Shown here: piece after piece, positions 10,247-19,870 of the stretch
Numbering within the stretch: position 1 is the first letter of the stretch
Layout: each line of letters starts with the position of its first letter
Position numbers and translations under genes: made by a program
Source: Phycisphaerae bacterium
GTDB taxonomy: Bacteria > Planctomycetota > Phycisphaerae > Phycisphaerales > SM1A02
Length of the DNA: 64,000 bases
Direction: 5' to 3'
Assembly: GCA_002709295.1 (NCBI GenBank)
Contig: PAQL01000012.1
Location: 171,717 to 235,716, forward strand
Notes under the pieces: generated by a model
Told to the model about the DNA's origin: nothing
The model's database searches: none
What the model saw: only the letters and a program-made list of their open reading frames with translations

Positions 10247-11204
10247 GCATTCTTCGGTTCGAGAGGTGCGTGTAGACCTGGGTGCTCGAGAGCGACTGAT
10301 GACCGAGGAGCTCCTGGACGGATCGCAGATCTGCGCCGTTGTCGAGGAGATGGGTCGCGAAGCTGTGTCGGATGGTGTGGGGGCTGATGTCGGGATCCAG
10401 GCCCACTTCCTCCAGGTACTTGGTCACCTTGCGGCGGACCGAACGGCTGGAGAGACGACCACCGTGCTTGTTGACGAAGAGGGGCATCTCGCCTTCGGCC
10501 TTCATGCCGGCCGCTTCGAGTTCACCGTCATGCATGGCGACGTATCGACGCAGGGCGGCGAGGGCGTGGGTGCCGAGCGGGACGACCCGCTCCCGGCGGC
10601 CCTTGCCGCGGATGAGGATCGACTCGCCGGAGTCGTCGAGATCGGCTCGGTTGATCCCGACCACCTCGCTGACGCGGATGCCGGTGGAGTAGAGGGTCTC
10701 GAGGATCGCACGATCGCGAGCCCCGAGCAGGGTGCTGTCGTCGGGTGCGGCCAGAAGCTGCTCGATCTGTTCGACCGAGACGGCCTTCGGCAGTCGCTTG
10801 GCCTGCTTGGGGGTCCGGATGGCCAGCATCGGGTTGCGGTCGATGAGGGTCCGCTTCTCCAGCCACTTGTGGAAGGAGCGAAGCGTGGCGATCTTCCGAG
10901 CGGTGGTGGCCGCGGAATAGTCGCGTTCGGCCATCCACCCGAGGAAGCCTCGAATGCGATCGACATCGGCGCCGAGGACCAGACCGGTGACGGTCGAGTC
11001 GTTGGTGGCCGACGGGTTGGATTCCCGTGCGGACAGGGCGTCGGCTTCGGCCTGGGGTGAGACCTCGATGTTGAACTCGTCGGCGAGGAACTCGCCGTAC
11101 TGCCGGAGATCAAGTCCGTAGCAGCGCGCGGTGTACGGGCTGAAGTGCCGTTCATCCACGAGGTAATCGAGGAAGGACTGGACGAGAGGAAGTGTGTCGC
11201 TCAT
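10203..11204 (-). CDS. xerC: tyrosine recombinase, XerC/XerD family
   Basis: ARDRAILETLYSTGIRVSE, HTIRHSFATHLL, LGHQSLSSTQVYTH. ATG 11204 gives MSDTLPLVQSFLDYL. XerC and XerD cannot be told apart by eye. Confidence 0.85.
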   Translation of the reverse strand: MSDTLPLVQSFLDYLVDERHFSPYTARCYGLDLRQYGEFLADEFNIEVSPQAEADALSARESNPSATNDSTVTGLVLGADVDRIRGFLGWMAERDYSAATTARKIATLRSFHKWLEKRTLIDRNPMLAIRTPKQAKRLPKAVSVEQIEQLLAAPDDSTLLGARDRAILETLYSTGIRVSEVVGINRADLDDSGESILIRGKGRRERVVPLGTHALAALRRYVAMHDGELEAAGMKAEGEMPLFVNKHGGRLSSRSVRRKVTKYLEEVGLDPDISPHTIRHSFATHLLDNGADLRSVQELLGHQSLSSTQVYTHLSNRRMRDSYDKAHPRAEAG

Positions 11205-11432
11205 GTCGAAGAACCTCGGGAAGTCACCAGGTCTCGGGCTCCCACAACGGGAGGAACCGTCTGGTTCACAGGGTCGATATCGGTCCGGTGGAGGATCAAA
11301 TCCACCTCCCTTACCGGACAGCGGAGAAAAACCGCAGAGAGCCTTCGCCGGCTGGACGTTTTTGGGGGCTGAAGCAGCCATGAAGGCCGATTTCAGTTCG
11401 GGAGAGTTTTTGACGACTCCATTCCCGATTGT

Positions 11433-12221
11433 TCAGGAATCGGGGCGAATCGTGGCTCGTTCGCGGGAGATGAGCCCGCTTACCACCTGGTTCGCCACGA
11501 AATCGAGGTACCGGTCGTAGACCATCAGGTAGTACCTCTCAGGCGGATCGAACCCCCCGGTCACGTCACTGTGCGACTCGGCATAGGTTCGTACGGCGGT
11601 TCGAACGCGATGGTTCACTGCATCCAGCTCGAGGATCAGATCCACGGCAGGAATCACCCCTCCGGTCTTCTGATCGCTCTTTGAACCATTTTCATCCCCG
11701 GTCCGACCGTAGAGGCCGGCGGCATCGAAACCCGATCGGAGACGGTCATCGTGACCCAGAAGCAGGACATTGGCCGCGAAGGCCGGTGGGTCGTAGGGAC
11801 TCCATTCCGTGATCGTGCCGAGGATGAGGCCGTCGACGGGAATCGTCTCGATGACGGCCCGTGCTTCGGCCTCGGTCCGGATGGCATCGAGCCCCAGTTG
11901 ACGCATGGCTGACAGCGTCCGGTCGACCGGAACCGCCTGCCAGCCCCCGTCCGGGGAGCCGTTGATCCCGGTCGTCTCATTGAGACTGGCGACGATCTTG
12001 TCCGACACCTCGAGGATGTCCCTCGAGGAGATCGAGACCCCGGACTCGTTGGTGAACGGGGCGACCGCCAGGACCGCGGAATAGGGTGCAGCCACTTCGG
12101 GGACGGTCATCAGGTTCGATCTGGGGGTCTCACACGCCGTCAGAGCGGCGGCAAGAGCCAGAAAGACCGGTCCGAGGACCCGGACCGAAGAGGCTGAGGC
12201 GAAGGATCGTGCGATTGTCAT
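11433..12221 (-). CDS. lipoprotein with LpoB/TolB-N-like signature
   Basis: MTIARSF...LAAALTAC lipobox, then LAVAPFTNESG and GLILGTITEW, typical of the LpoB/CsgG/FlgO-type fold. Confidence 0.6.
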   Translation of the reverse strand: MTIARSFASASSVRVLGPVFLALAAALTACETPRSNLMTVPEVAAPYSAVLAVAPFTNESGVSISSRDILEVSDKIVASLNETTGINGSPDGGWQAVPVDRTLSAMRQLGLDAIRTEAEARAVIETIPVDGLILGTITEWSPYDPPAFAANVLLLGHDDRLRSGFDAAGLYGRTGDENGSKSDQKTGGVIPAVDLILELDAVNHRVRTAVRTYAESHSDVTGGFDPPERYYLMVYDRYLDFVANQVVSGLISRERATIRPDS

Positions 12222-12390
12222 GGCGTCCTGCCTGAGGGTCCCGGCGACTGGCCGGGATCGGATGCTCCCATCCGTACGATCCTCCCCATCGGATGATCTC
12301 TCACCTTCTCGGCAGAAAACAGGGTCGGTCTCCTCCTGACCGACCCCGTTTCCGCGTTCATGGCTCCTGAGGGCCCATCGGGCCCCCCGC

Positions 12391-13764
12391 TCATTCGCCG
12401 TCGGTCGAGGAATCGACGCCCGCGATGGCCGACCCGGGGGTCGTCTCGAAGTCGTCTTCCGCCTGCTCGTCGGCCTCGGCCATGAGGGCGGACGAGGCCG
12501 GGCCCTCACCGCTGGAGATCGACCAGATCACGTCCAGACCACCTCGGTTGCTCATGAAGTAGACCCGGTCGTCCGCTCCCCAGTTCGGGCGCAGATTCCG
12601 GTATCCGCCGGCGGTGAGAGCGATGCGGTCGGTGCCGTCGGCATTGATGGTCCAGATGTCGCATTCGACGGGCATGCCGTCCCTGGACACCGAGGGTTCC
12701 GCCACCACGGTGTATGCGATGCGGGAGCCGTCCGGCGACCAGGTGGGATGCATGACCGCGACGTCGCCGGCAGCCACGATTTCGGTGGGGTTCATGCCGT
12801 CACCATTCACGAGATCGATGGTCCAGACGCCGTAGAGACGGTCTCCACGCTTCCGTGAACGCTGGAAGAGCACCTTGTCGGCGGTCTTGTCGGGCGACCA
12901 GCGGGGGAACATGCCTTCGCAGACGAAGGTGCGGACGCCGGGCTTGTCGACCGAAAGGGTCCACAGCTCCCATTGGCTCGATCGCTCGTTGAAGCGGCAG
13001 TAGCAAAGACGCTTCCCGTCCGGCGACCAGGTGGGATGAAGCTCGTGGGCTCCGTCGAAGCTGACCTGGGTGACCGGGCCGCCCTCGGCGGACATCACGT
13101 AGATGTCCCAGTTGCCCTGGCGATCGCTGGCGAAGGCCACGCGTCGGCCATCGGGCGAGATCTCCGGCATGAGGTCCTGCGAGTCATCGGTGGTCAGCTG
13201 GGTGACCACCCGGCCGTCGATCGACTTGCGGTACAGATCGGGCTGATCGTGGTGCTGCGTCGAGGCGAAGACCATCCACCGGCCGTCCTGGGAGACATCG
13301 GGGTCGAAGTCGGATCCCTCGGCGGCAAAGCTCACCTGGGCCATGTTGGCATCGGCACTGGACGCGTCGTATCCGTCCTCGTCGGGGCCACCGAGGGGGG
13401 CGAAGTCGGGGAACAGACTGACTCGAACGGCATTGGAGTCGCCGGGATCGGCCATGTCCTCGACCACGCTCGCCGTGGGGACGGTCTCGACGACCACGGC
13501 CTCATTCACGAAAGCGGGGTCATCGGAGGCCTCATCGTCGTACCAGCCGACGCGATAGCTCGTGGAGTTCCAGTCGAAGTCGGAGGTGGCCTGTCCGACG
13601 GAGGGTTCCGCATCGTTCGGGACGCTGGCACATCCGCCAAGCTGGATCACGATCGCAGCGGCCCCCACCGCCGCGAAGGCGGCGATGAAGAGGGAACCGA
13701 TTCCGGAACCGGCATCGGGGGTGGATCGGGTGGCTTCAGCGGTGGTTTTCTGGTTCGTCGACAT
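12391..13764 (-). CDS. TolB-like WD40 beta-propeller protein, membrane/lipid anchored
   Basis: Repeated PDGRRVAFASDRQGNWDIY / PTWSPDGKRL / PTWSPDGSRIAY blades. The N-terminal hydrophobic segment ends in LGGC. Start at ATG 13764. Confidence 0.8.
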   Translation of the reverse strand: MSTNQKTTAEATRSTPDAGSGIGSLFIAAFAAVGAAAIVIQLGGCASVPNDAEPSVGQATSDFDWNSTSYRVGWYDDEASDDPAFVNEAVVVETVPTASVVEDMADPGDSNAVRVSLFPDFAPLGGPDEDGYDASSADANMAQVSFAAEGSDFDPDVSQDGRWMVFASTQHHDQPDLYRKSIDGRVVTQLTTDDSQDLMPEISPDGRRVAFASDRQGNWDIYVMSAEGGPVTQVSFDGAHELHPTWSPDGKRLCYCRFNERSSQWELWTLSVDKPGVRTFVCEGMFPRWSPDKTADKVLFQRSRKRGDRLYGVWTIDLVNGDGMNPTEIVAAGDVAVMHPTWSPDGSRIAYTVVAEPSVSRDGMPVECDIWTINADGTDRIALTAGGYRNLRPNWGADDRVYFMSNRGGLDVIWSISSGEGPASSALMAEADEQAEDDFETTPGSAIAGVDSSTDGE

Positions 13765-14106
13765 GGCTTGGGTCTCCGTACGGCTCTGAAAAGGCCGTCG
13801 CGGAGGCCATCGGCGGTTGGAAAGCCCCAATTCAGTCCAATGCCCGGGTTTGAGGAGCTTGCCCGGGGAGGTCCCCGATAACCACGGCTCCGGGCGGAAC
13901 CTGAACGTGTCCGAGCCCTCGAAATCGACCCCCTTCGGAACTCGATCGGGATCCCCCGGGCCCCGGCGGACCCCCGGCGGACCCCCACCGACCCCCCGCC
14001 AACCCCTGCCGGCCCCCTCGAGGGCCACCCCGAGGTGTGGACACTTCCGGGATCGGCTGTCGGAGAATCGCGATCCGGCGGGGGCTGACTACACTAGTCG
14101 GTTCGG

Positions 14107-14179
14107 GATTCCGTAGCTCAGCTGGTAGAGCATGCGACTTTTAATCGCCTGGTCCTGGGTTCGAGTCCCAGCGGAATCA
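14107..14179 (+). tRNA. tRNA-Lys (anticodon UUU)
   Basis: Manual cloverleaf: acceptor GATTCCG/CGGAATC, D arm GCTC-AGCTGGTA-GAGC, anticodon loop CTTTTAA, T arm CTGGG-TTCGAGT-CCCAG, discriminator A. CCA is not encoded. Confidence 0.9.
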
Positions 14180-14238
14180 CTTCCCTCCCGATTCCCGGAG
14201 GCGAGGAGGCCAGTTTCATCGACGCTCACCAATCCATC

Positions 14239-17200
14239 GTGCTGCACGCGGTGCACAGCGACGGTGCATTCCTCTTCTGGGGCGAGAAAGTCGACCAGAC
14301 CCTCGTTCCTCCTCCGCTGACGGCACTCGACAACGGAGATGGCGAGGACGATCCGGACACGATGCCCGGCATCGATTCTCCGTCCGAGTCGGTCGACGTC
14401 CCTGAAGCGATGACCGCCGTGGCGGCCACCGTCTCCGCGCCTCCGACCACGATCTCGCACCATCCGTTCGCCGCCGACACCAGCACGATCGCGCAGGTGC
14501 TCAACGGGATCCTCGAGGCCGATCCCCAGCCCCGGAACGAGACGGACGAGGAGGAACCGGCCCCGGATCTGGCGACCCAGGCGATCGAACTCCAGCTGAT
14601 GCTTCCGCATCGCATCGATCACCCGGATCTCCCCGCACCGAGCCTTGCCCTCGGATCACGGCTCGGCTTCAAGACTCCGGAACCCGAGGATCTCAGACCC
14701 CAGGCGACCATGGTCCCCGCGATCAAGGTCACCCCCGAACAGGCGGGCAGCCTGCTCAGCCTCGTGGGATCCACCCATGATTCCACCACGTCCATCGGAC
14801 ATGACGTTCGATTCTGGGCGGAGGTCGCGACCTTCGCGCTCGAGCTCGTCGCCGATCAGAGATTCGTGCCGACCGTGGTGCAGCGCGAGGGCGAACCGGT
14901 CCGGGCCCGCTGGGTCCCCTGGCTGGCGGACTCCGAGATCGGCGAACCCCTGCGGGAGCTGGCATCCGCGATGCCTCCGGCCGCAGCGGCCACGATCGAC
15001 CTGACGGTTCCCGATCGTTGGACCACCATCGAGAACGCCCTGGAGACGATGGTCGATGCCATGGTCCGACGGGTGCTGATCCGGGAGGAGTTCGAGGACG
15101 CCCTCGATGGACGCGACCCCGTCACGGATCGCCAGGTCGCGTGGCTCACCGGACTGCTGGGCGATCGATCGGAAGTCGCCTCCACCCCGGAGATCTCCGT
15201 CGAGGTGATGCGAGGGGCCCGATCATGGCTGGGCGGACTGATCGATCCTGCGGAAGGTCGTTCGGTCAGACTCTGCCTGCAGCTCTCCGAACCGCTTGAA
15301 GGCGTTCTCGATGCGACGCCCGAGCAGATCGAGAAGGCGAGCTGGCCGCTTGGATTCCATCTGCTGGTCACCGACGACCCGCCGACGATCATCGATGCCG
15401 CCCAGATCTGGGCCGATGGTGGCGGCGGGCGGCTGGCCTCGGTGCTCGGACCCGAGGAGACCGCCGGCGATCTTCTGCTCGGCGAACTCGCGCGGGCCCA
15501 GAGAATCTGGCCTCGACTCCAGGATGCGCTCGAGGACATCGACCCCACCGAACTCGAGCTGGGTACCGCCGAGGCGCACGCATTCCTGCAGGACGTCCGG
15601 CCCATCCTTCAGGAAGCCGGAGTGGAGGTCCTCGCACCCTCATGGTGGGGACAGGCCACCAGTCGCATCGGCGTCCGCCTCTCGATCGAACCTCACGGCG
15701 AGTCCGACAAGGCTCCGGGCATGGGACTGTCGAGCCTCGTGGACTATGCCTGGGAGATCTCCATCGGCGACGAGAGCGTCGGACTCGAGGAGCTCCGCCG
15801 TCTCGCCGAGCAGGGCGTCCCGCTGATCCGCATCGGCGATCGCTGGGTGGAGATCCGCAAGGAGGACTTCGAGAAGGCGAACGCCTTCCTGGAGAAGCAT
15901 CCCGGAGGCGCCTCGACGCTCGGCGAAGTGCTCAGACTCGCCGCGGGCGGCGAGGACGAGGGCGGACCGCAGATCACCGGGATCCGCACCAGCGGCTGGG
16001 TGCAGGAACTCCTCGGCGACGAGCATGAACCCGCCGAGGACCGGGTCCGGCCCATCGAGGTGCCGGAGGCATTCAAGGGAACGCTCCGTCCGTATCAGGA
16101 GCGTGGCCTCGCATGGCTCGCCTTCCTGGACCGGTTCGGACTCGGCGGCTGCCTCGCCGACGACATGGGTCTGGGCAAGACGATCCAGATGATCGCGCTT
16201 CTCCAGCATGAGAGAGCGACCTCTTCCGGCAGGGTGATCCGCCCCACGCTCCTCGTCTGCCCGATGTCCGTGGCGGGCAACTGGCGACGCGAGCTCGAAC
16301 GATTCGCACCGGAGCTGAAGGTGCACATCCAGCACGGACCGAATCGTCCGGTCGGAGAGGCCTTCGCGACCAGGGCCGATGAATGCGACGTGGTGGTGAC
16401 CACCTACGCACTCGTCAGCCGGGATCGAGCATGGATCGAATCGGTGGAGTGGGAACGCGTGGTCCTCGACGAGGCCCAGCACGTCAAGAACCCACCCACC
16501 AAGCAGGCGACCGCGATCCGTTCCCTCAAGAGCCGGCACCGGGTCGCCCTGACGGGCACCCCGGTCGAGAATCGACTCACGGAACTCTGGTCGATCATGG
16601 AGTTCTGCCTCCCCGGCTTCCTCGGGCCCCAGGCCGAGTTCCGGCGGCGCTATGCGATTCCGATCGAACGTCATCGCGATGAACTTCGAGGTGAGCGACT
16701 CAAGCAGCTCGTGGGTCCGTTCGTGCTTCGTCGACTCAAGACCGACGACGGCGTGGCGGACGATCTCCCCCCACTGGTCGAGAATCGCCAGCACGTTCCA
16801 CTCACGCCCGAGCAGGCGAGGCTCTACGACACCGTCGTCCAGGACATGCTTCGTCAGGTCGACGAGGCGACCGGCATGAGACGACGCGGACTGGTCCTGT
16901 CCGGACTCGTTCGGCTCAAGCAGATCTGCAACCATCCCGCCCACTTCCTCAAGGAGACCGACATCGCCCCCAGGCCGGGCGAGCGTCTGAGTCAGCGCAG
17001 CGGGAAGAGCGCCCGACTGGTGGAGATCCTCGAGGAGGTTCTCGCCGGCGACGATCGGGCCCTCGTGTTCACCCAGTTCCGTCAGATGGGCCACCTCCTT
17101 GCGACGATCCTTCGGCAGGAGTTCGACATGGAGCCCCTGTTCCTTCACGGAGGCACTCCGCAGGGACGGCGGGATCAGATGATCGAACGGTTCCAGTCCG

Positions 17201-17547
17201 GGGATTCATCGCCGGTCTTCATCCTCTCCCTGAAGGCGGGAGGCGTCGGCGTCAACCTCACCAGCGCCAACCACGTGATCCACTTCGATCGATGGTGGAA
17301 CCCCGCGGTGGAGAACCAGGCCACCGACCGTGCGTTCCGAATCGGGCAGACCCGCACCGTGAACGTCCACAAGATGATCACCAGCGGAACCCTCGAGGAA
17401 CGAATCGATCAGATGATCGAGCAGAAGACCGATCTCGCCCGTCGCATCATCGGTACGGGAGAGTCCTGGCTGACCGAACTCGACTCGGAACGACTTCGAG
17501 ACGTGCTCTCGCTTCGCGAGACCTCGCTGGAGGATGAACCCGCATGA
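14239..17547 (+). CDS. SNF2-family DEAD/DEAH-box helicase/ATPase with long N-terminal SNF2-associated region
   Basis: LRPYQERGLAWL, LADDMGLGKT, VLDEAQHVKN, LTGTPVENRL, C-terminal helicase motifs (FDRWWNPAVENQATDRAFRIGQ). GTG start at 14239. Confidence 0.9.
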   Translation: MLHAVHSDGAFLFWGEKVDQTLVPPPLTALDNGDGEDDPDTMPGIDSPSESVDVPEAMTAVAATVSAPPTTISHHPFAADTSTIAQVLNGILEADPQPRNETDEEEPAPDLATQAIELQLMLPHRIDHPDLPAPSLALGSRLGFKTPEPEDLRPQATMVPAIKVTPEQAGSLLSLVGSTHDSTTSIGHDVRFWAEVATFALELVADQRFVPTVVQREGEPVRARWVPWLADSEIGEPLRELASAMPPAAAATIDLTVPDRWTTIENALETMVDAMVRRVLIREEFEDALDGRDPVTDRQVAWLTGLLGDRSEVASTPEISVEVMRGARSWLGGLIDPAEGRSVRLCLQLSEPLEGVLDATPEQIEKASWPLGFHLLVTDDPPTIIDAAQIWADGGGGRLASVLGPEETAGDLLLGELARAQRIWPRLQDALEDIDPTELELGTAEAHAFLQDVRPILQEAGVEVLAPSWWGQATSRIGVRLSIEPHGESDKAPGMGLSSLVDYAWEISIGDESVGLEELRRLAEQGVPLIRIGDRWVEIRKEDFEKANAFLEKHPGGASTLGEVLRLAAGGEDEGGPQITGIRTSGWVQELLGDEHEPAEDRVRPIEVPEAFKGTLRPYQERGLAWLAFLDRFGLGGCLADDMGLGKTIQMIALLQHERATSSGRVIRPTLLVCPMSVAGNWRRELERFAPELKVHIQHGPNRPVGEAFATRADECDVVVTTYALVSRDRAWIESVEWERVVLDEAQHVKNPPTKQATAIRSLKSRHRVALTGTPVENRLTELWSIMEFCLPGFLGPQAEFRRRYAIPIERHRDELRGERLKQLVGPFVLRRLKTDDGVADDLPPLVENRQHVPLTPEQARLYDTVVQDMLRQVDEATGMRRRGLVLSGLVRLKQICNHPAHFLKETDIAPRPGERLSQRSGKSARLVEILEEVLAGDDRALVFTQFRQMGHLLATILRQEFDMEPLFLHGGTPQGRRDQMIERFQSGDSSPVFILSLKAGGVGVNLTSANHVIHFDRWWNPAVENQATDRAFRIGQTRTVNVHKMITSGTLEERIDQMIEQKTDLARRIIGTGESWLTELDSERLRDVLSLRETSLEDEPA

Positions 17548-18467
17548 TCACGCGACGCGACGAGGGCTTCCGACGCCGCCCCGACACTCCCCGGAAGGTC
17601 CGCAACGGCATCCGACTCCGACGCAAGGAGGAGGAGGTCGACTTCGCCTGGCCCGCCGGGCCGTGGTTGAGCCGCGTTCTTCGTGACGTCGACGAGACCA
17701 GTCGGGAGGAAGGCCTGGATTTCGCCCGCAAGGGACAGACGGTCGTCCTGGACATCGAACCGGGCCGCATCGTCGCCGAGGTGCAGGACGTGGAGGCACG
17801 GCCCCACGTGGTCCGCATCGAGTTCGCCGCGATCGGTCGCGAGGACTGGAAGCGCGTGGTGGATTCCATGGCCCGCGAGGCTCGCTACGCCGCGAAGCTG
17901 GTCTCCGGCGAGATCTCGCCGGAGATCGCGGAACCCTTCGCCGCCGCCGGCATCGCGCTGCTGCCCGAGGACGAGGAGATCACGATCCACACCGCCGGAG
18001 GGCGAGCCGGGGCCCGACACCTCGCCACGGTCGCCTATCTGGTCGCCGAACGCATGGAACAGGACCCGCTCCTGGTGCTGACCCTTCGAGGTCTCTTCGG
18101 ACCTCGATTCCTCGAACGCCTCCAGGAGGCACGTCTCCTGGCCACCAGCGGAGTCAGCCGCGCCCATCCGGTTCCTCAAGTGGCCTCGGGCATTCGAGAC
18201 GCCGAAAACCAGCAGGCGGAGGGCCTCGACGCCTTCTGGACCCCGGGCTCCGGACTTGACGCCTTCCGACGGGATCGACATGGGGACTACCTGCCTCACG
18301 CCCTTCTTCGCCGGCTCGGCACGGCGCCGCTCGAAGGACGATTCCCCCTCGTGGGGCTCCTCGCATCGATCTACGACGACGTCTCGAACGCCGCCAGATC
18401 TCGCATCGAGGCCCTGGACGACGCCTCGGTGACGGCATCGCCCACCCCGCCACCCGCGGAGGACTGA
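17544..18467 (+). CDS. SWIM-domain-like partner protein of the SNF2 helicase (zinc ligands lost)
   Basis: ATGA overlap with the SNF2 stop. ARHLATVAYLVAERMEQDPLLVLTLRG resembles the CKH-AAV...DPxLLxxLRG core of bacterial SWIM partners. The protein contains no cysteine. Confidence 0.65.
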   Translation: MITRRDEGFRRRPDTPRKVRNGIRLRRKEEEVDFAWPAGPWLSRVLRDVDETSREEGLDFARKGQTVVLDIEPGRIVAEVQDVEARPHVVRIEFAAIGREDWKRVVDSMAREARYAAKLVSGEISPEIAEPFAAAGIALLPEDEEITIHTAGGRAGARHLATVAYLVAERMEQDPLLVLTLRGLFGPRFLERLQEARLLATSGVSRAHPVPQVASGIRDAENQQAEGLDAFWTPGSGLDAFRRDRHGDYLPHALLRRLGTAPLEGRFPLVGLLASIYDDVSNAARSRIEALDDASVTASPTPPPAED

Positions 18468-18484
18468 CCGAACGCGGATCGGGC

Positions 18485-19870
18485 CTACCGGGGCCTCGGC
18501 ATCGGAGCGTCGATCCCGAGACGCCAGCCGCGCAGTCTGCCCAGCAGTCGTTCCCTCACCTCGGGGTGGGCGTCACCCACGTCGGTGGTCTCGCCGGGAT
18601 CGCTCTCCAGGTCGAAGAGTGAAGTCTGCCCGTCCTCGAACCATTCCACCAGCTTCCAGCGACCATCCCGGATCGCGCCGGCCGGCGTGGTGCGGAAGCG
18701 CCGCTCGGGTTCCCGACTCTCCGGATCACGCCCCTCGAGGTACGCGGGGAAGTGCCAGTGGATCGGCCCGCGAAGCTCCGCGGTCTCCCCGCCGGAGTCC
18801 TCGAGCAGCGATTGGAGGGACCTCGCGTCGAGGGTGACCCCTTCGGGCCGAGGCACGCTCGCCAGATCGAGCAGGGTCGGATGCAGATCGAAGACCTGCA
18901 CCGGCACCCCGACGGTCCGAGGTTCGAGACCGGGGCCCCGCACATACATGGGCGTTCGGATCCCGCCGTCGAACAGCATCCCCTTGCCACCTCGATACGG
19001 TGCCATGTCCGTGACGGGCTGAAGCCCTCCGTTGTCACTGACGAAGCAGACCACGGTCGACTCCGGATCCACCGCGGCCAGGATCTCCGCCACCGCGGCG
19101 TCGGTCCTCTCCACCATCACCGCGTATCTCGCCGCCCGGTTCGAGATCCCGGGATGTCGTTTCTTCATCTCCTCGACCGCGTCCTCCGGGGCCTGGATCG
19201 GGGTGTGCACCGCATACGGGGAATACGTCACGAACCAGGGCCGCCCCTTCGTATCCGCTTCGAAGTCCCGGATCATCGACACGGTCTCACGCCCCAGACG
19301 ATCGACCAGGTACTCGCCCTCCTCTCCATCCTCGAGGGCCGGGTTCTTGTAGGGAGGGAAGTACGACTTCGGATGTCCGAGACGCCAGCCGCCGACGTTC
19401 CGCTCGAAGCCGTGATCGAGAGGGTCGTCGCTGATGTGCCACTTGCCGACGAACCCCGTGCGGTAGCCCGCGGCGGCGAGACTCTCGGACAGGACGACCT
19501 CCGACTCCTGGATGAAACTGCTGCTGGCCGGAGGGTCGACCTTCCGTTCCTCGGGCTTGCCTCGCGAGGCGCTGCCCACGGTGTGCACGCCGGTGCGTGA
19601 ACCATGCCGGCCGGTGAAGAGTGCCGCCCGACTCGGGGAGCAGTTCGGCCCGTTGCAGTAGGCCTCGGTGAATCTCACCGACTCCGACGCCAGCCCGTCG
19701 ATGGCGGGCGTGAGGTGTCGGGGATGGCCCTCGACTCCGAGATCGCGACAGCCGAGATCATCGATCACGATGAGCAGGATGTCCGGTCTCTCCGAAGGTT
19801 CGGTCCCCCCGCCGCACACCACGGACGAAACAAGGGTGCAGACCGCCGTCATCTCGCTGAATCGGATCAT
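18485..19870 (-). CDS. sulfatase (arylsulfatase family)
   Basis: Signal peptide, LLIVIDDLG, and the CSPSRAALFTGR formylglycine motif. Confidence 0.9.
   Translation of the reverse strand: MIRFSEMTAVCTLVSSVVCGGGTEPSERPDILLIVIDDLGCRDLGVEGHPRHLTPAIDGLASESVRFTEAYCNGPNCSPSRAALFTGRHGSRTGVHTVGSASRGKPEERKVDPPASSSFIQESEVVLSESLAAAGYRTGFVGKWHISDDPLDHGFERNVGGWRLGHPKSYFPPYKNPALEDGEEGEYLVDRLGRETVSMIRDFEADTKGRPWFVTYSPYAVHTPIQAPEDAVEEMKKRHPGISNRAARYAVMVERTDAAVAEILAAVDPESTVVCFVSDNGGLQPVTDMAPYRGGKGMLFDGGIRTPMYVRGPGLEPRTVGVPVQVFDLHPTLLDLASVPRPEGVTLDARSLQSLLEDSGGETAELRGPIHWHFPAYLEGRDPESREPERRFRTTPAGAIRDGRWKLVEWFEDGQTSLFDLESDPGETTDVGDAHPEVRERLLGRLRGWRLGIDAPMPRPR

Noticed and set aside
10203-14179. XerC-type recombinase near tRNA-Lys as the integrase of an integrated element
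   Set aside because: The recombinase has the canonical chromosomal XerC/D core. It is about 2.9 kb from the 5' side of the tRNA, separated by envelope genes on the opposite strand. I saw no copy of the tRNA 3' end elsewhere in the window. No phage, plasmid or cargo-type genes flank it.
9299-18467. DNA methyltransferase plus SNF2 helicase as a BREX/DISARM-like defence island
   Set aside because: The two genes are on opposite strands. They are separated by xerC, two envelope proteins and a tRNA. None of the other signature genes (PglZ, DUF1998, PLD nuclease, Lon-like protease) is present.
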